Part shown: in pieces, positions 52,866 to 62,424 of the stretch
How the letters are laid out: every line of letters begins with the position of its first letter
Position numbering within the stretch: position 1 is the first letter of the stretch
IMG/VR virus record: IMGVR_UViG_3300023210_000033
Coordinates: 1-62,424 of that record
From: a virus
Lineage: Duplodnaviria > Caudoviricetes
Strand: one strand, 5' to 3'
DNA: 62,424 nucleotides
Translations under genes and position numbers: made by a program
The notes under the pieces: model-generated
Database searches by the model: none
Told to the model about the DNA's origin: nothing
What the model saw: the letters and a program-made list of their open reading frames with translations, nothing else

Positions 52866-53156
52866 GTGGCAGATAAAGCAAAGATGAAGTGTAATGTTGT
52901 TAAGAAAAGCGACAGAGCAGGTAAGAAAAAAATGGTTAAGGCGTGTTCGGGAGGTAAAGAAAAGTTAATTCATTTCGGTGCTTCAGGATATGGTCATAAT
53001 TATTCTGCTGCTGCACGTAAATCATTTAAGGCTCGTCATAAATGCAGCACCGCTACAAATAAATTATCTGCAAGATATTGGTCTTGTAAGAAATTATGGG
53101 CAGGTGCAGGAGGTTCTACTAAGAGTTCTCCATCAAGTAAAAGAGGAAAATATTAA
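52866..53156 (+). CDS. Conserved basic phage protein
   Basis: KKKMVKAC..KLIHFGA.GY..ARKSFKARHKC..ARYWSC motif family; GTG start. Confidence 0.75.
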   Translation: MADKAKMKCNVVKKSDRAGKKKMVKACSGGKEKLIHFGASGYGHNYSAAARKSFKARHKCSTATNKLSARYWSCKKLWAGAGGSTKSSPSSKRGKY

Positions 53157-53182
53157 TTATTATATTTGTAAAAAATAAAACA

Positions 53183-53323
53183 ATGGGTAAATTATTTGTA
53201 AAGATAGGATTGTGGATGCAGTCCGTATGGTGTAAGTTTCAATGTGCGTGGAATGCATTAGTAGCCAAATGTATGTTTGGTGTGGAGTCTTGCCCAAACA
53301 AATTGTGTACTTGTAAAAAATAA
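53183..53323 (+). CDS. Small Cys-rich protein (46 aa, not in the ORF track)
   Basis: MGKLFVKIGLWMQSVWCKFQCAWN..CPNKLCTCKK*, after promoter element TATATTTG at 53161. Confidence 0.55.
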   Translation: MGKLFVKIGLWMQSVWCKFQCAWNALVAKCMFGVESCPNKLCTCKK

Positions 53324-53328
53324 TTCAA

Positions 53329-53484
53329 ATGAAATCAAAAGGATTAGGAGATACTATTGAAAAAATTACAACGGCAACAGGAATCAAAACTGTAGTAGAT
53401 AAAGTTTCAAAAGCTACAGGTAAAGAGTGTGGTTGCTCAAAACGAAAGGACTCTTTGAACAGAGCCTTTCCTTATAAGAAATAA
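53329..53484 (+). CDS. Small conserved phage protein (51 aa, not in the ORF track)
   Basis: MKSKGLGDTIEKITTATGIK..CGCSKRKDSLN.. Confidence 0.7.
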   Translation: MKSKGLGDTIEKITTATGIKTVVDKVSKATGKECGCSKRKDSLNRAFPYKK

Positions 53485-53510
53485 GATGAGGTTAACCACA
53501 GTAAAAAACA

Positions 53511-53693
53511 ATGAGTAGTTGGATGGGAGATATGAAAATGTATTTACTTAATGTAAGTACTCTTGCGATATCAATGTCGCATATAGATATGATATTAAAA
53601 ATTACTCTTCTTGGGTTATCTGTGGGATACACCGCTCAACGTTGGTACTTGTTAGATAAGGAGAGAAGAAAAAATAATGAGAAAGATAAATAA
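53511..53693 (+). CDS. Putative holin / membrane protein
   Basis: Hydrophobic core with a basic C-terminus, directly before the amidase. Confidence 0.5.
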   Translation: MSSWMGDMKMYLLNVSTLAISMSHIDMILKITLLGLSVGYTAQRWYLLDKERRKNNEKDK

Positions 53694-54090
53694 AATTATC
53701 ATTCATTGCTCAGCAACGAGAGAGGGTCAAGACGTAAGTATTGAAACTATAAGAGGATGGCACGTTGATGGTAGAGGGTGGTCAGACATTGGATACCATT
53801 ACATAATAACTTTGGATGGATTAGCGAAAGTAGGTAGACCAATTGAAAGGTCGGGCGCTCATACAAAGGGACACAATTCAGATTCAATCGGTATCTGTTA
53901 TATTGGAGGAGTTGACCAAGACGTTAATCCTAAAGATACACGAAACGAAATGCAAAAGATAAGTCTTATCAATTTGCTTACAACATTAAAATCTATTTAC
54001 GGAGACGATGTAACTATACATGGTCATAGAGAATTTTCAGCAAAGGCGTGTCCGAGTTTTGATGCCGCTGAAGAATACAAAGGCATATGA
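53677..54090 (+). CDS. N-acetylmuramoyl-L-alanine amidase (T7-lysozyme-like endolysin)
   Basis: IIIHCSAT, GWSDIGYHY, GAHTKGHN..SIGICYIGG, GHRE..KACPSF. Confidence 0.93.
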   Translation: MRKINKIIIHCSATREGQDVSIETIRGWHVDGRGWSDIGYHYIITLDGLAKVGRPIERSGAHTKGHNSDSIGICYIGGVDQDVNPKDTRNEMQKISLINLLTTLKSIYGDDVTIHGHREFSAKACPSFDAAEEYKGI

Positions 54091-54479
54091 AAAAAATAAT
54101 TGAATGGTTCGGTGGTAGTGTAGTTAAAGATTTAATGGGAGGTCTTGACAAACTCTTTACGTCAAAGGAAGAAAAAATTATAGCTGAGAATGCTATCAAA
54201 CAAATCCTTATTCAAAAACAATTAGAGTTGCAGAAAATGCAAACTGAAATCATAGTGACAGAAGCAAAAGGTAATTGGCTTCAAAGAAGTTGGAGACCTA
54301 TACTAATGTTAGCTTTTGGTTTCATTGTTATCTATGTAAAATTTATTGCACCATTATTTGATTTAAGAATTCCTGAGTTAGAAAATGAGTTTTGGAATTT
54401 ACTACAATTAGGTATCGGAGGTTATGTAATTGGTAGGACCGGAGAGAAGATGATGGACTCCTACACGAAAAAAAAGTAG
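54087..54479 (+). CDS. 3TM holin-like protein
   Basis: EAKGNWLQRSWRPILM..LGIGGYVIGRTGEK. Confidence 0.75.
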   Translation: MKKIIEWFGGSVVKDLMGGLDKLFTSKEEKIIAENAIKQILIQKQLELQKMQTEIIVTEAKGNWLQRSWRPILMLAFGFIVIYVKFIAPLFDLRIPELENEFWNLLQLGIGGYVIGRTGEKMMDSYTKKK

Positions 54480-54526
54480 TCGCTTAAATTGTTTACCTTT
54501 GTAGAATCAAAGGACATTAGAGCAAT

Positions 54527-55258
54527 ATGGCAAGAATAAGTACATACCCGATAGATGATGCGATATCCGGAGGAGACAAATGGATTGGCTCTGATGCGGC
54601 TTCTGCAAATGCAACAAAAAACTTTACCGTAAACAAGGTAGCTGCATTTATTAATGCAGGAAATCTTATTCAATCACAAAGTTTAAGATATGTATATCAA
54701 GATTGGCAGTTAGGTGATTCAAGATTAAATGGTAGCATTTCATTTGAACAACCTCAATCAACAGAGAGTGTTTTGATTTCTACAATAAGCACTTTGAAGT
54801 TTAGTAAGTATACTAAATTTTTAAAACAAGAAGTACCTAATTTTTATACAACCCCTTTAATTGGTACTACGGTACTATTAACACAAGCGGATGATATAAA
54901 TAATTGGGCAATCTGTAAGTGGGATAGTTCAACGCAAGATGCAAAAGAAACTGACTTCTATGACATTGGTTTATCTATCATCTCCTGCTCAGGTTATCTA
55001 AATAAGGACAAAGATTATTTAGTATCTTTGCTGCAGTATACAGATGGCGGTGGAAGCGGAGGAGATGCGAATTTTGTCTACGTACAAGGAGCGCCTTCAG
55101 CCGTATGGAATGTAACACATAACCTTGATAAGTTTTGTTCTGTTACAGTAACAGATACTGCAGGGACAGAGGTAATAGGAACTGTTGATTACATAAGTAG
55201 AAATGAAGTAAGGATAATATTTAGTGCACCTTTTTCGGGAGAAGCATTTTTTAATTAA
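54527..55258 (+). CDS. Tail-associated structural protein
   Basis: N-terminal ISTY.ID..DK.IGSD..TKN shared with the fibre at 60130; C-terminal W.VTHNL beta domain; promoter TACCTTTG at 54494. Confidence 0.6.
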   Translation: MARISTYPIDDAISGGDKWIGSDAASANATKNFTVNKVAAFINAGNLIQSQSLRYVYQDWQLGDSRLNGSISFEQPQSTESVLISTISTLKFSKYTKFLKQEVPNFYTTPLIGTTVLLTQADDINNWAICKWDSSTQDAKETDFYDIGLSIISCSGYLNKDKDYLVSLLQYTDGGGSGGDANFVYVQGAPSAVWNVTHNLDKFCSVTVTDTAGTEVIGTVDYISRNEVRIIFSAPFSGEAFFN

Positions 55259-55290
55259 ACAATAGAGTATAAACAAAAACAAAATAAGTT

Positions 55291-57147
55291 ATGGCAATTA
55301 GGTATTTAGACAACATTAACTTAGAGGAGAATCAGTTACTGAATGCCTCTTTGCAACAAGTTGCGACAGACCCTTCAGGGTTTGAAGGACAAATTATTTT
55401 CAACACAACATCAAAAACGTTTAAGTACTATAATGGTAGTGCGTTTATTGAGTTAGATGGAAGCGGAGACATCTCAGGTGTAACTGCAGGAACAGGTTTA
55501 TCAGGAGGTGGTACATCAGGTACTGTTACTCTTGCGGTAGACTATTTAGGTTCAGATAATATTATTTTATCTGCAACTGCGATGACTGCCAAAGTAGTGA
55601 ATACTGACATTATTATGTTAGTAGATGAGACTGATAGTAATGTTTACAAGACTGCATTATCAAATCTTCCATTTACAAATAACGCAGGTACAGTAACTTC
55701 TGTTGGAGCAGCTAACGGAACATTCATTAGTAGTTCAAGTGCAGACGTTACAACTACAGGTGATTTAACATATGACCTTAGTGCTACAGGAACTGCAAGT
55801 TCTTCTACTTACTTACGTGGTGATAATACTTGGGCTTCTGTTCCGGGTGGATATCAGAGTTGGGAATTAGGTGCTGATTCAGGAACTTCTAATAGCATTA
55901 TCAATAAAGACACGGTAAATATAAAAGGTGGTGTAGGTTTATCATCAAGTATTTCAACCGCTACAACAATATCTGATATAGTAATTGACTTAGATAATAC
56001 CGCAGTTTCTGCAGGTTCTTACACCTCAGCAAACATCACGGTTGATGGTCAAGGACGTATTACTGCCGCTGCAAATGGAGCATCAGGAACTATGTCTTCT
56101 TTCAGCGTAGCAGGTGATACCGGTACTGCACAGAGCATTACTAATGGTAATACATTAACTTTCGTTGGTGGTGAAGGTATTGATACCTCAGCAGCAGCAA
56201 CAGATAAAATAAACATTGTACTTGACCTTACGGAACTTCCTACAAGAAGTGCAACGATAGACCCTAAGGCAGATTATTTAATTGGATTATTTGATAAAGG
56301 AGCAGACCAAAACAAAACGCTTATTGGGACCCTTGGTCTTAGTATGTTCGCAGCACCATCTGCTGATTTAAGTATTGCTTCAAATAAACTTACTGACGTT
56401 ACTGACCCAACTGCGGCTCAGGATGCAGCAACTAAGAATTATGTAGATACAACATTCGCAGGTTCAGGAGCATTAATCTATCAAGGTGGATACGATGCAA
56501 CAACTGCAGCGCCATCAGTAGGTGTTAAGCAAGGTTGGACATATGCAGTAACTGTAGCAGGTACAGGAAACCCGGCAGGATTTTGGAGTCCTACATTAGA
56601 GGTTGGTGATTTAGTTATCGCTAATATTGATACTCCAAAAACTGCAGCGGATTGGACAGAGATTAACAAGAACATTGACGTTGCAACCGCAACAGTTCAA
56701 GGTATTGCTAACTTCCCAACTGCAGGTGGATTAAGTGTATCATCAGGTGCAGTAAGTCTTGCTAATACAGGAACTGCAGTAACAAACTTAGGTAGCGCAA
56801 GTGACTCTTTAAAGATAACTACTGATGCTAAAGGTAGAGTTACGGCAGCAAGTAAGCAGAGCATTCAGATTACAACTTCACAGATTACAAACTTCTGTGA
56901 TGATGTTGCGACTTGTATTAGTGATAGAAACTCTTTTGCAGGTAGTATTGGAGATGGGAAACTAACTTCAATAGCAGTAAAACATAATCTTAGTAGTCAA
57001 GATGTAATAGTGCAAGTTTATGACACAACAACATTTGATACAATTAATGTTCAAGTTGTTAGAACAAGTGCTTCTGAGGTTACTATTTCAACAACTAAAC
57101 CACTTGGTCTTAATGCAGCAAGAGTGCTTGTAAGCAAAATAGGGTAA
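55291..57147 (+). CDS. Tail fibre protein
   Basis: VTAGTGLSGGGTSGTVTL, VDGQGRITAA, DPTAAQDAATKNYVD and C-terminal HNL..DVIVQVYD fibre motifs. Confidence 0.8.
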   Translation: MAIRYLDNINLEENQLLNASLQQVATDPSGFEGQIIFNTTSKTFKYYNGSAFIELDGSGDISGVTAGTGLSGGGTSGTVTLAVDYLGSDNIILSATAMTAKVVNTDIIMLVDETDSNVYKTALSNLPFTNNAGTVTSVGAANGTFISSSSADVTTTGDLTYDLSATGTASSSTYLRGDNTWASVPGGYQSWELGADSGTSNSIINKDTVNIKGGVGLSSSISTATTISDIVIDLDNTAVSAGSYTSANITVDGQGRITAAANGASGTMSSFSVAGDTGTAQSITNGNTLTFVGGEGIDTSAAATDKINIVLDLTELPTRSATIDPKADYLIGLFDKGADQNKTLIGTLGLSMFAAPSADLSIASNKLTDVTDPTAAQDAATKNYVDTTFAGSGALIYQGGYDATTAAPSVGVKQGWTYAVTVAGTGNPAGFWSPTLEVGDLVIANIDTPKTAADWTEINKNIDVATATVQGIANFPTAGGLSVSSGAVSLANTGTAVTNLGSASDSLKITTDAKGRVTAASKQSIQITTSQITNFCDDVATCISDRNSFAGSIGDGKLTSIAVKHNLSSQDVIVQVYDTTTFDTINVQVVRTSASEVTISTTKPLGLNAARVLVSKIG

Positions 57148-57163
57148 AAACTAAAACACATAT

Positions 57164-59845
57164 ATGTCAATTAGATTCAAAGATAGTATTGAGATTGACG
57201 GTACTGTAACGGTAGGTGGACAAGGGTTGGGGGCTAACGCCTTCAACTCCACCACTATACCAACTAATAACAATCAAATAACCAATGGAGCAGGGTACAT
57301 TACTCTTGCTCAAGTACCGGGAGAATCTGATACTTTAGCTACAGTTACAGGTAGAGGTGCTACAACAAGTAGTGCCCTTACTTTAAATGGTAACGTAACA
57401 TTAGGTAGTCAGGCTGATTTAATATTTAAAGACTTATCAGGAACTTTCCCAACAACGGGTAAAGGTTTTGATTGGACTTTAAATAATGATGGCGCAAGAA
57501 TCTATGCAATGCAACCATCAAGCGATTCAATTGATTTTGTTTTTAAGCTAAGGGATAATGCAACTCTAAATGATAGATTTGTATTTTGGGTGGATGACTA
57601 CACAGGTGTTAATGGAGATAGATATCCTCTTGTTATTAGAGGTGGTACTCAGTTTGATTTAGTAGATTCATCTTTATATACCAATGGTACTGTAAGGCTT
57701 TCTAACACAGGTGCTTTAACAAATGTTACAAACACCAATTGGGATAACGCTTACAACAATCAGATTACAAAACTTGCCGTAACAGGTAACGCAACCAAGA
57801 CCTTAACTGCTACTCAACAAGATGGTGGTACGTTAACTGCATCTTGGACAGACAACTCTGCTTCGGTAAGCAATAACAAAATTACATTATCTGCAGGTTC
57901 AGGTATGAGTGGTGGAGGAGACTTCACACTAAACCAAGCGGTAGATAAAACTATTACACTTACCAACAACGATAAAGGTTCTTCTCAGGATATATTTAAA
58001 AACGTAACTGATGGTGTAAGCACTATTACTGCAAGTAGTAATAATGATACTTTAACTTTATTAGGTTGTAAAGGAACAAATGTAACTGTTAACGAAAAGG
58101 AAAGAACAATTGAATTTTGTGTTGATAGACAAACTTTGTCTGTAGTAAATGAAGAACTTACTATAAGCGATGGAAACACAGTAACCCTACCAACAAACAC
58201 CGGACCACAAGGACCTAAAGGAGACACAGGAGACACCGGTGCAGCCGGTGCTAAAGGTGACACAGGTGCTGCAGGAGCAAGAGGATTAACAGGACCGGAA
58301 GGACCTCAGGGAGACCAAGGAGACCAAGGGGTAAAAGGAGACACCGGAAGCCAAGGTGCTAAAGGAGACACGGGAAGCCAAGGGATTCAAGGAGTTAAGG
58401 GAGACACCGGTGCTGCAGGAGCAAGAGGTGCTGCAGGTACTGATGGTAAAAATGGAACTGACGGAGCGAAGGGTGACACAGGTGACCAAGGTGTAAAAGG
58501 TGACACAGGTGCTCAAGGTCCTATCGGTTTAACAGGACCGGAAGGACCGCAAGGGGATATTGGTAAAACCGGTGCTGCAGGTGCTAAGGGTGATACCGGT
58601 GCTGCAGGTGCTAAGGGTGATACCGGTGCAGTTGGACCTGAAGGACCACAGGGCGCTAAGGGTGACACAGGTGGTCAAGGTATCCAAGGACCTAAAGGTG
58701 ACACAGGTGGTCAAGGTATCCAAGGACCTAAAGGAGATACAGGAGCAGCAGGTGCAAAGGGAGATACAGGAGCAGCCGGTGCGAAGGGTGATACAGGAGC
58801 AGCCGGTGCTAAAGGTGACACAGGTGCACGAGGACCTCAAGGGGATATTGGTGACACAGGTGCGCAAGGAAAACAAGGAGACATTGGATTGACAGGACCT
58901 GCCGGAGCAAGAGGAGCCGCAGGTACAAACGGAACAGATGGAGCAAAAGGCGATACAGGACCTCAAGGAGCAAAAGGCGACACAGGCGCAGTTGGAGGCG
59001 TAGGACCTGAAGGTCCTGCCGGAGCAAAAGGCGATACAGGTGCTAAAGGCGATACAGGTGCGCAAGGACCTATTGGATTAACAGGACCTGCAGGAGCGAA
59101 AGGAAGTACAGGTGCTGCCGGAACAAACGGAAAAGATGGTGCGCAAGGACCTGAAGGACCTGAAGGACCAAAGGGTAGCACAGGATTAACAGGACCGACA
59201 GGACCGCAAGGACCTGCCGGAGCAAAAGGTGCTGCAGGAACAAATGGTTCTGATGGAGCAACCGGACCTGAAGGACCTGAAGGACCGAAAGGAAGCACGG
59301 GTAGTACAGGTGGAGTAGGTCCTCAAGGACCTGCAGGAGCGAAAGGAGATACCGGTGCAGCAGGAGCAGCAGGTACTGATGGTAAACCCGGAGCAACAGG
59401 AGCGCAAGGTCCTGCCGGAGCGAAAGGAGATATCGGTTCAACAGGACCTCAAGGTCCTGCAGGTGCAAAGGGTAACACAGGAGCAGCAGGAACAAACGGA
59501 ACGAACGGAAAGGACGGAGCGACAGGAGCGACAGGACCACAAGGACCTGCCGGTGCTAAAGGTAATACAGGTAGTACAGGACCTGCCGGAGCAACCGGAC
59601 CGCAAGGTGCTCAGGGAGCAACAGGCTCGAGAGGAGCAACCGGAGCAACCGGACCTAAAGGAGACACAGGACCACAAGGACCTGCAGGAACTGATGGTGG
59701 TGGAGATGTTTATCTAAATGGAAAATCAACAACTATTAAAAGTCAAAGTTTTTGGACCGAAGGAAAGACACAATACTTACAGATTACTTTTGAAGATGGA
59801 AGCACAACTTGTATCCTTTTGACAAACTGTGAATTTGGTCGATAG
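57164..59845 (+). CDS. Collagen-like tail fibre
   Basis: About 500 aa of Gly-X-Y repeats ([12 protein letters not shown]) at 58202..59700. Confidence 0.9.
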   Translation: MSIRFKDSIEIDGTVTVGGQGLGANAFNSTTIPTNNNQITNGAGYITLAQVPGESDTLATVTGRGATTSSALTLNGNVTLGSQADLIFKDLSGTFPTTGKGFDWTLNNDGARIYAMQPSSDSIDFVFKLRDNATLNDRFVFWVDDYTGVNGDRYPLVIRGGTQFDLVDSSLYTNGTVRLSNTGALTNVTNTNWDNAYNNQITKLAVTGNATKTLTATQQDGGTLTASWTDNSASVSNNKITLSAGSGMSGGGDFTLNQAVDKTITLTNNDKGSSQDIFKNVTDGVSTITASSNNDTLTLLGCKGTNVTVNEKERTIEFCVDRQTLSVVNEELTISDGNTVTLPTNTGPQGPKGDTGDTGAAGAKGDTGAAGARGLTGPEGPQGDQGDQGVKGDTGSQGAKGDTGSQGIQGVKGDTGAAGARGAAGTDGKNGTDGAKGDTGDQGVKGDTGAQGPIGLTGPEGPQGDIGKTGAAGAKGDTGAAGAKGDTGAVGPEGPQGAKGDTGGQGIQGPKGDTGGQGIQGPKGDTGAAGAKGDTGAAGAKGDTGAAGAKGDTGARGPQGDIGDTGAQGKQGDIGLTGPAGARGAAGTNGTDGAKGDTGPQGAKGDTGAVGGVGPEGPAGAKGDTGAKGDTGAQGPIGLTGPAGAKGSTGAAGTNGKDGAQGPEGPEGPKGSTGLTGPTGPQGPAGAKGAAGTNGSDGATGPEGPEGPKGSTGSTGGVGPQGPAGAKGDTGAAGAAGTDGKPGATGAQGPAGAKGDIGSTGPQGPAGAKGNTGAAGTNGTNGKDGATGATGPQGPAGAKGNTGSTGPAGATGPQGAQGATGSRGATGATGPKGDTGPQGPAGTDGGGDVYLNGKSTTIKSQSFWTEGKTQYLQITFEDGSTTCILLTNCEFGR

Positions 59846-59886
59846 AAATTTCATATCTTTGTAACTAATAATTAAATAAAAATCAA

Positions 59887-60126
59887 ATGGCAAAATTAAG
59901 TAAGAAAGAATTAGAGTCTATTCAAAAATTAATGAATGACTTTAATCAAGTTAAAATGCAACTCGGAGATACTGTTATTACACAACACAGTTTGATGAGC
60001 AATGTAGAAGAGTTAAAGGTTGCTTATGCAAAAGAAGAGCAGAAGCTAATTAAAAAATACGGAGAAAACTCTGTAGTTAATGTCCAAACAGGAGAGATAA
60101 CAGAGAAGACCCCGGATAAAAAATAA
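59887..60126 (+). CDS. Small coiled-coil protein (possible fibre chaperone)
   Basis: 79 aa ending KYG..VNVQTGEI; promoter TATCTTTG at 59854. Confidence 0.65.
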   Translation: MAKLSKKELESIQKLMNDFNQVKMQLGDTVITQHSLMSNVEELKVAYAKEEQKLIKKYGENSVVNVQTGEITEKTPDKK

Positions 60127-60129
60127 ACA

Positions 60130-61320
60130 ATGGGAAAGATAAGTACTTATTCAATTGACACTTTACCAACTAATGATGATAAGGTAATAGGTTCAGACAA
60201 CGAGAATTCACAAATAACTAAAAATTATCTTATTGGTGATATTCTTGGTCTTGTTCCCACACCCGGTCTTCAAGAGGTTTTAGATATACAGAATAGTGCT
60301 ACCCAAAATATATCTTTAAAAGGAAATGTAGTTGCTGAACAAATATCGTCAGGGGTTGCTTTCGTTTCAAATGGTACTTCTTTATTTAAGGGATTAAATA
60401 CTTTTGACGAAAAATCAACCTTTAACAAAGAAGTTGATTTAAAAGATACGGTTACCGTTGGTGGTAATGTTTTAGATGCCAACGGTAATCAAGGGGTAAT
60501 CGGGCAGGTTCTAAGAGCCACAGGCTCACAAACCGTAGAGTGGGATTACCCACCTATGGGACCTGCCGATTTACAATTAGTTTTAGATACAGGAAACCAA
60601 GCTACACAAGACCTTACATTGGATGGGGTACTAACAACTCAGTTGTTACAAGTTAATGACTTATCGAATTTTTTTGGTGAGGTAACCTTTAGTAATAGTG
60701 TAAGAGCAGAGGGTTCTTTTAATTTACAGGCTCAATTAATTGATAGCCTTGGAACACAGGGTACTGCAGGTCAAGTATTATCTTCAACAGGTTCAGCCAT
60801 AAAGTGGGTAAACCAAACCGCAAGATATAGAGAACAATATGTCTCATCAAAAATATTTCAAACAAACAAAGAACAAGAGCCTACAGGACAAGGAACTAAA
60901 TCAATGGTAATGTTTGGTGAAGGTGGTGATTTTGATGGAGGTCAAATAACTCCTGATGGATTAATAATGCTCAAGCCCGAGCAATCGTACTTCTTTGAAT
61001 TTACATTATCTACAGTAACAGATGTAGATATGCCGGGTAGTGCCGTAATGTTTTTTAGAGTTGTGGATGAACTTAATGGACTACAGGTAGGTCCTACAAG
61101 AGTTGAATACATTCCAAGAGATAAGGAGTTTAATCAAATTGAACTTTCTTTTCCTTACACCACAAACTCAGATGAAGGTGTTTTAAGTTTACAAATGATG
61201 AGAAGTGAACAAGGAAAGAATGACGGTAAACTTGCAGCTATAAATGTAGATGGTGGTCAATGGCAATTAGTTCCTTCAGCATCTATTCAAATTTGGTTGT
61301 TAGCTACAGAACAGTTTTAA
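60130..61320 (+). CDS. Tail fibre / receptor-binding protein, variant A
   Basis: Duplicated LQxVLD.GN.ATQ..GQVL..TG..W module; N-terminus homologous to 2..2014. Confidence 0.75.
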   Translation: MGKISTYSIDTLPTNDDKVIGSDNENSQITKNYLIGDILGLVPTPGLQEVLDIQNSATQNISLKGNVVAEQISSGVAFVSNGTSLFKGLNTFDEKSTFNKEVDLKDTVTVGGNVLDANGNQGVIGQVLRATGSQTVEWDYPPMGPADLQLVLDTGNQATQDLTLDGVLTTQLLQVNDLSNFFGEVTFSNSVRAEGSFNLQAQLIDSLGTQGTAGQVLSSTGSAIKWVNQTARYREQYVSSKIFQTNKEQEPTGQGTKSMVMFGEGGDFDGGQITPDGLIMLKPEQSYFFEFTLSTVTDVDMPGSAVMFFRVVDELNGLQVGPTRVEYIPRDKEFNQIELSFPYTTNSDEGVLSLQMMRSEQGKNDGKLAAINVDGGQWQLVPSASIQIWLLATEQF

Positions 61321-61321
61321 A

Positions 61322-61546
61322 ATGGATATAAGAAAAATCTCAGTCGGACCTGATTACAAATCAGGAGCAATGCATTATATTGTTGGTCAAGATATATTAG
61401 GAGGAAACTATAAGATACACCTAATACAATTTGATGATGAGTCCCAATCTATAAAGATATGGATTGAGCAAGGTGATGAGATTTTATTGTGGAAGGAATT
61501 CACAGAGATGATGCCCATATCTATAGAATACAATATAAACTTTTAG
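61322..61546 (+). CDS. Conserved phage hypothetical protein (paralog of 2014..2241)
   Basis: Direct protein similarity to the first copy. Confidence 0.85.
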   Translation: MDIRKISVGPDYKSGAMHYIVGQDILGGNYKIHLIQFDDESQSIKIWIEQGDEILLWKEFTEMMPISIEYNINF

Positions 61547-61547
61547 T

Positions 61548-61730
61548 ATGACGTTTGAAGAGCGTAAAGATTTTGAAAATAGAATCAAAGTCTTAAAAGA
61601 AAATAAATCTAATACAGATGATTTCATAGAGCAAATGGAAATTGCTGATGAGATACATAATATTGAAATGAAATTAAACGGAGTCAAACCAACGGATTCA
61701 GCTATTGATTGCATAGGTTGTGGCTCATAA
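61548..61730 (+). CDS. Small protein with C-terminal CxxCGS (paralog of 2241..2423)
   Basis: IADEIHNIEMKLNGVKPTDSxIDCIGCGS shared with the first copy. Confidence 0.85.
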   Translation: MTFEERKDFENRIKVLKENKSNTDDFIEQMEIADEIHNIEMKLNGVKPTDSAIDCIGCGS

Positions 61731-61738
61731 AATAAAAT

Positions 61739-62302
61739 ATGAGGTCTCCATTCTTTTTTATAGTGACCCCAAAAGACGACAGGCGTTACAATAATACCAA
61801 AGAAGTCGCAGGGGTTGAACTAATAACAAGTACTTCTGAAGAGGATTTTCGATTTGCAAATCGAGAAGCCATAGTAAAAGACACTCCATTAGGATATAAT
61901 GGTCCTGTTAAAAAAGGTGATACACTTCTTGTACACCACAATGTTTTTAAATTTTATAATGATGTTAAAGGTCGCAGGAGAAGCGGAAGAAGTTTCTTTA
62001 AGGATGACTTATTCTTTATAGAACCTGACCAATTCTTTTTATACCACGATGGTGCGCAATGGAATACATATGATAGGTATTGTTTCATTAAACCTATAAA
62101 GGTTGAAGAGTCATATCTCTATAAAAACGTTAAGGAAGAACCCTTGATTGGAATAGTTAAGTATCCAAATGATTACTTAGTTAGTAAGGGTGTAAACAAA
62201 GGAGATAAGGTTTGTTTCCAACCTGATAGTGAATATGAGTTTGAGGTAGACGGAGAGAAACTTTATAGAATGTATGACCATCAGATAACAGTTAAGCTAT
62301 GA
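61739..62302 (+). CDS. Tandem GroES-like protein (paralog of 2432..2995)
   Basis: Same length (187 aa) and collinear similarity. Confidence 0.65.
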   Translation: MRSPFFFIVTPKDDRRYNNTKEVAGVELITSTSEEDFRFANREAIVKDTPLGYNGPVKKGDTLLVHHNVFKFYNDVKGRRRSGRSFFKDDLFFIEPDQFFLYHDGAQWNTYDRYCFIKPIKVEESYLYKNVKEEPLIGIVKYPNDYLVSKGVNKGDKVCFQPDSEYEFEVDGEKLYRMYDHQITVKL

Positions 62303-62424
62303 ATATAGGAATATTTGAAGATGTAATACAAGGGGTAGATAAATATGTTGATGACATATTAAACGAAGGCTTTCAAGATATACAGATAGGAGAGGATTTA
62401 TTTAAGAATGTAAATGCAAGAGGT
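62298..62424 (+). repeat. 127-bp exact repeat of 2991..3117 (start of the 2OG oxygenase gene)
   Basis: Base-for-base identity; closes a 59,307-bp circle. Confidence 0.97.

Noticed and set aside
57985-59717. Many overlapping ORFs on other frames and strands in the collagen region
   Set aside because: They are shadow ORFs produced by Gly-X-Y codon periodicity.
62298-62424. 127-bp repeat as a biological direct terminal repeat
   Set aside because: Its partner is internal (2991..3117), lies within a coding start, and has the length of a typical assembly k-mer overlap.
1-62424. Stop-codon reassignment as seen in some crAss-like phages
   Set aside because: Long genes are intact under the standard code, TAG (32876..32878) and TGA (6411..6413) end genes at sensible boundaries, and no suppressor tRNA was seen.

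Overview
This window is an apparently complete ~59.3 kb circularly mapping dsDNA tailed-phage genome (2991..62297) plus a ~3 kb alternative branch (1..2990). The last 127 bp (62298..62424) are identical to internal 2991..3117, giving a lasso-shaped assembly. Bacteroidota-type TAnnTTTG promoter elements and A-rich translation starts point to a Bacteroidota (probably Flavobacteriaceae) host. The structural module (TerS, TerL, portal, scaffold, major capsid, ring/tail proteins, large ejected proteins) resembles crAss-related podoviruses. The + strand carries structural, chaperonin (GroEL/GroES), lysis and tail-fibre genes. The - strand (32966..48474) carries early/replication genes: primase, SF2 helicase, VRR-NUC, Sak, RecE-like exonuclease, SSB, two DnaA-domain-IV-like proteins and an amidoligase plus GATase-GGCT module. 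One tRNA-Arg(TCT) is present. I recognised no DNA polymerase, RNA polymerase or integrase. The most striking unexplained signal is a 16-bp palindrome, GTGTCYTYRARGACAC, found 15 times: in leaders, in terminator stems and inside conserved genes in different reading frames, with a strong density peak in the early region. Other notable signals are two copies of an iteron-IHF-iteron origin-like module, two alternative tail-fibre cassettes feeding the same junction, face-to-face overlapping promoters next to a winged-helix gene, a SET-domain plus 2OG-oxygenase pair, a stand-alone protein ending in an RNR-like CxxCGS tail, and apparent avoidance of CYAG/CTRG, GATC and GGCC. All functional calls come from motif recognition by eye; no database searches were run.
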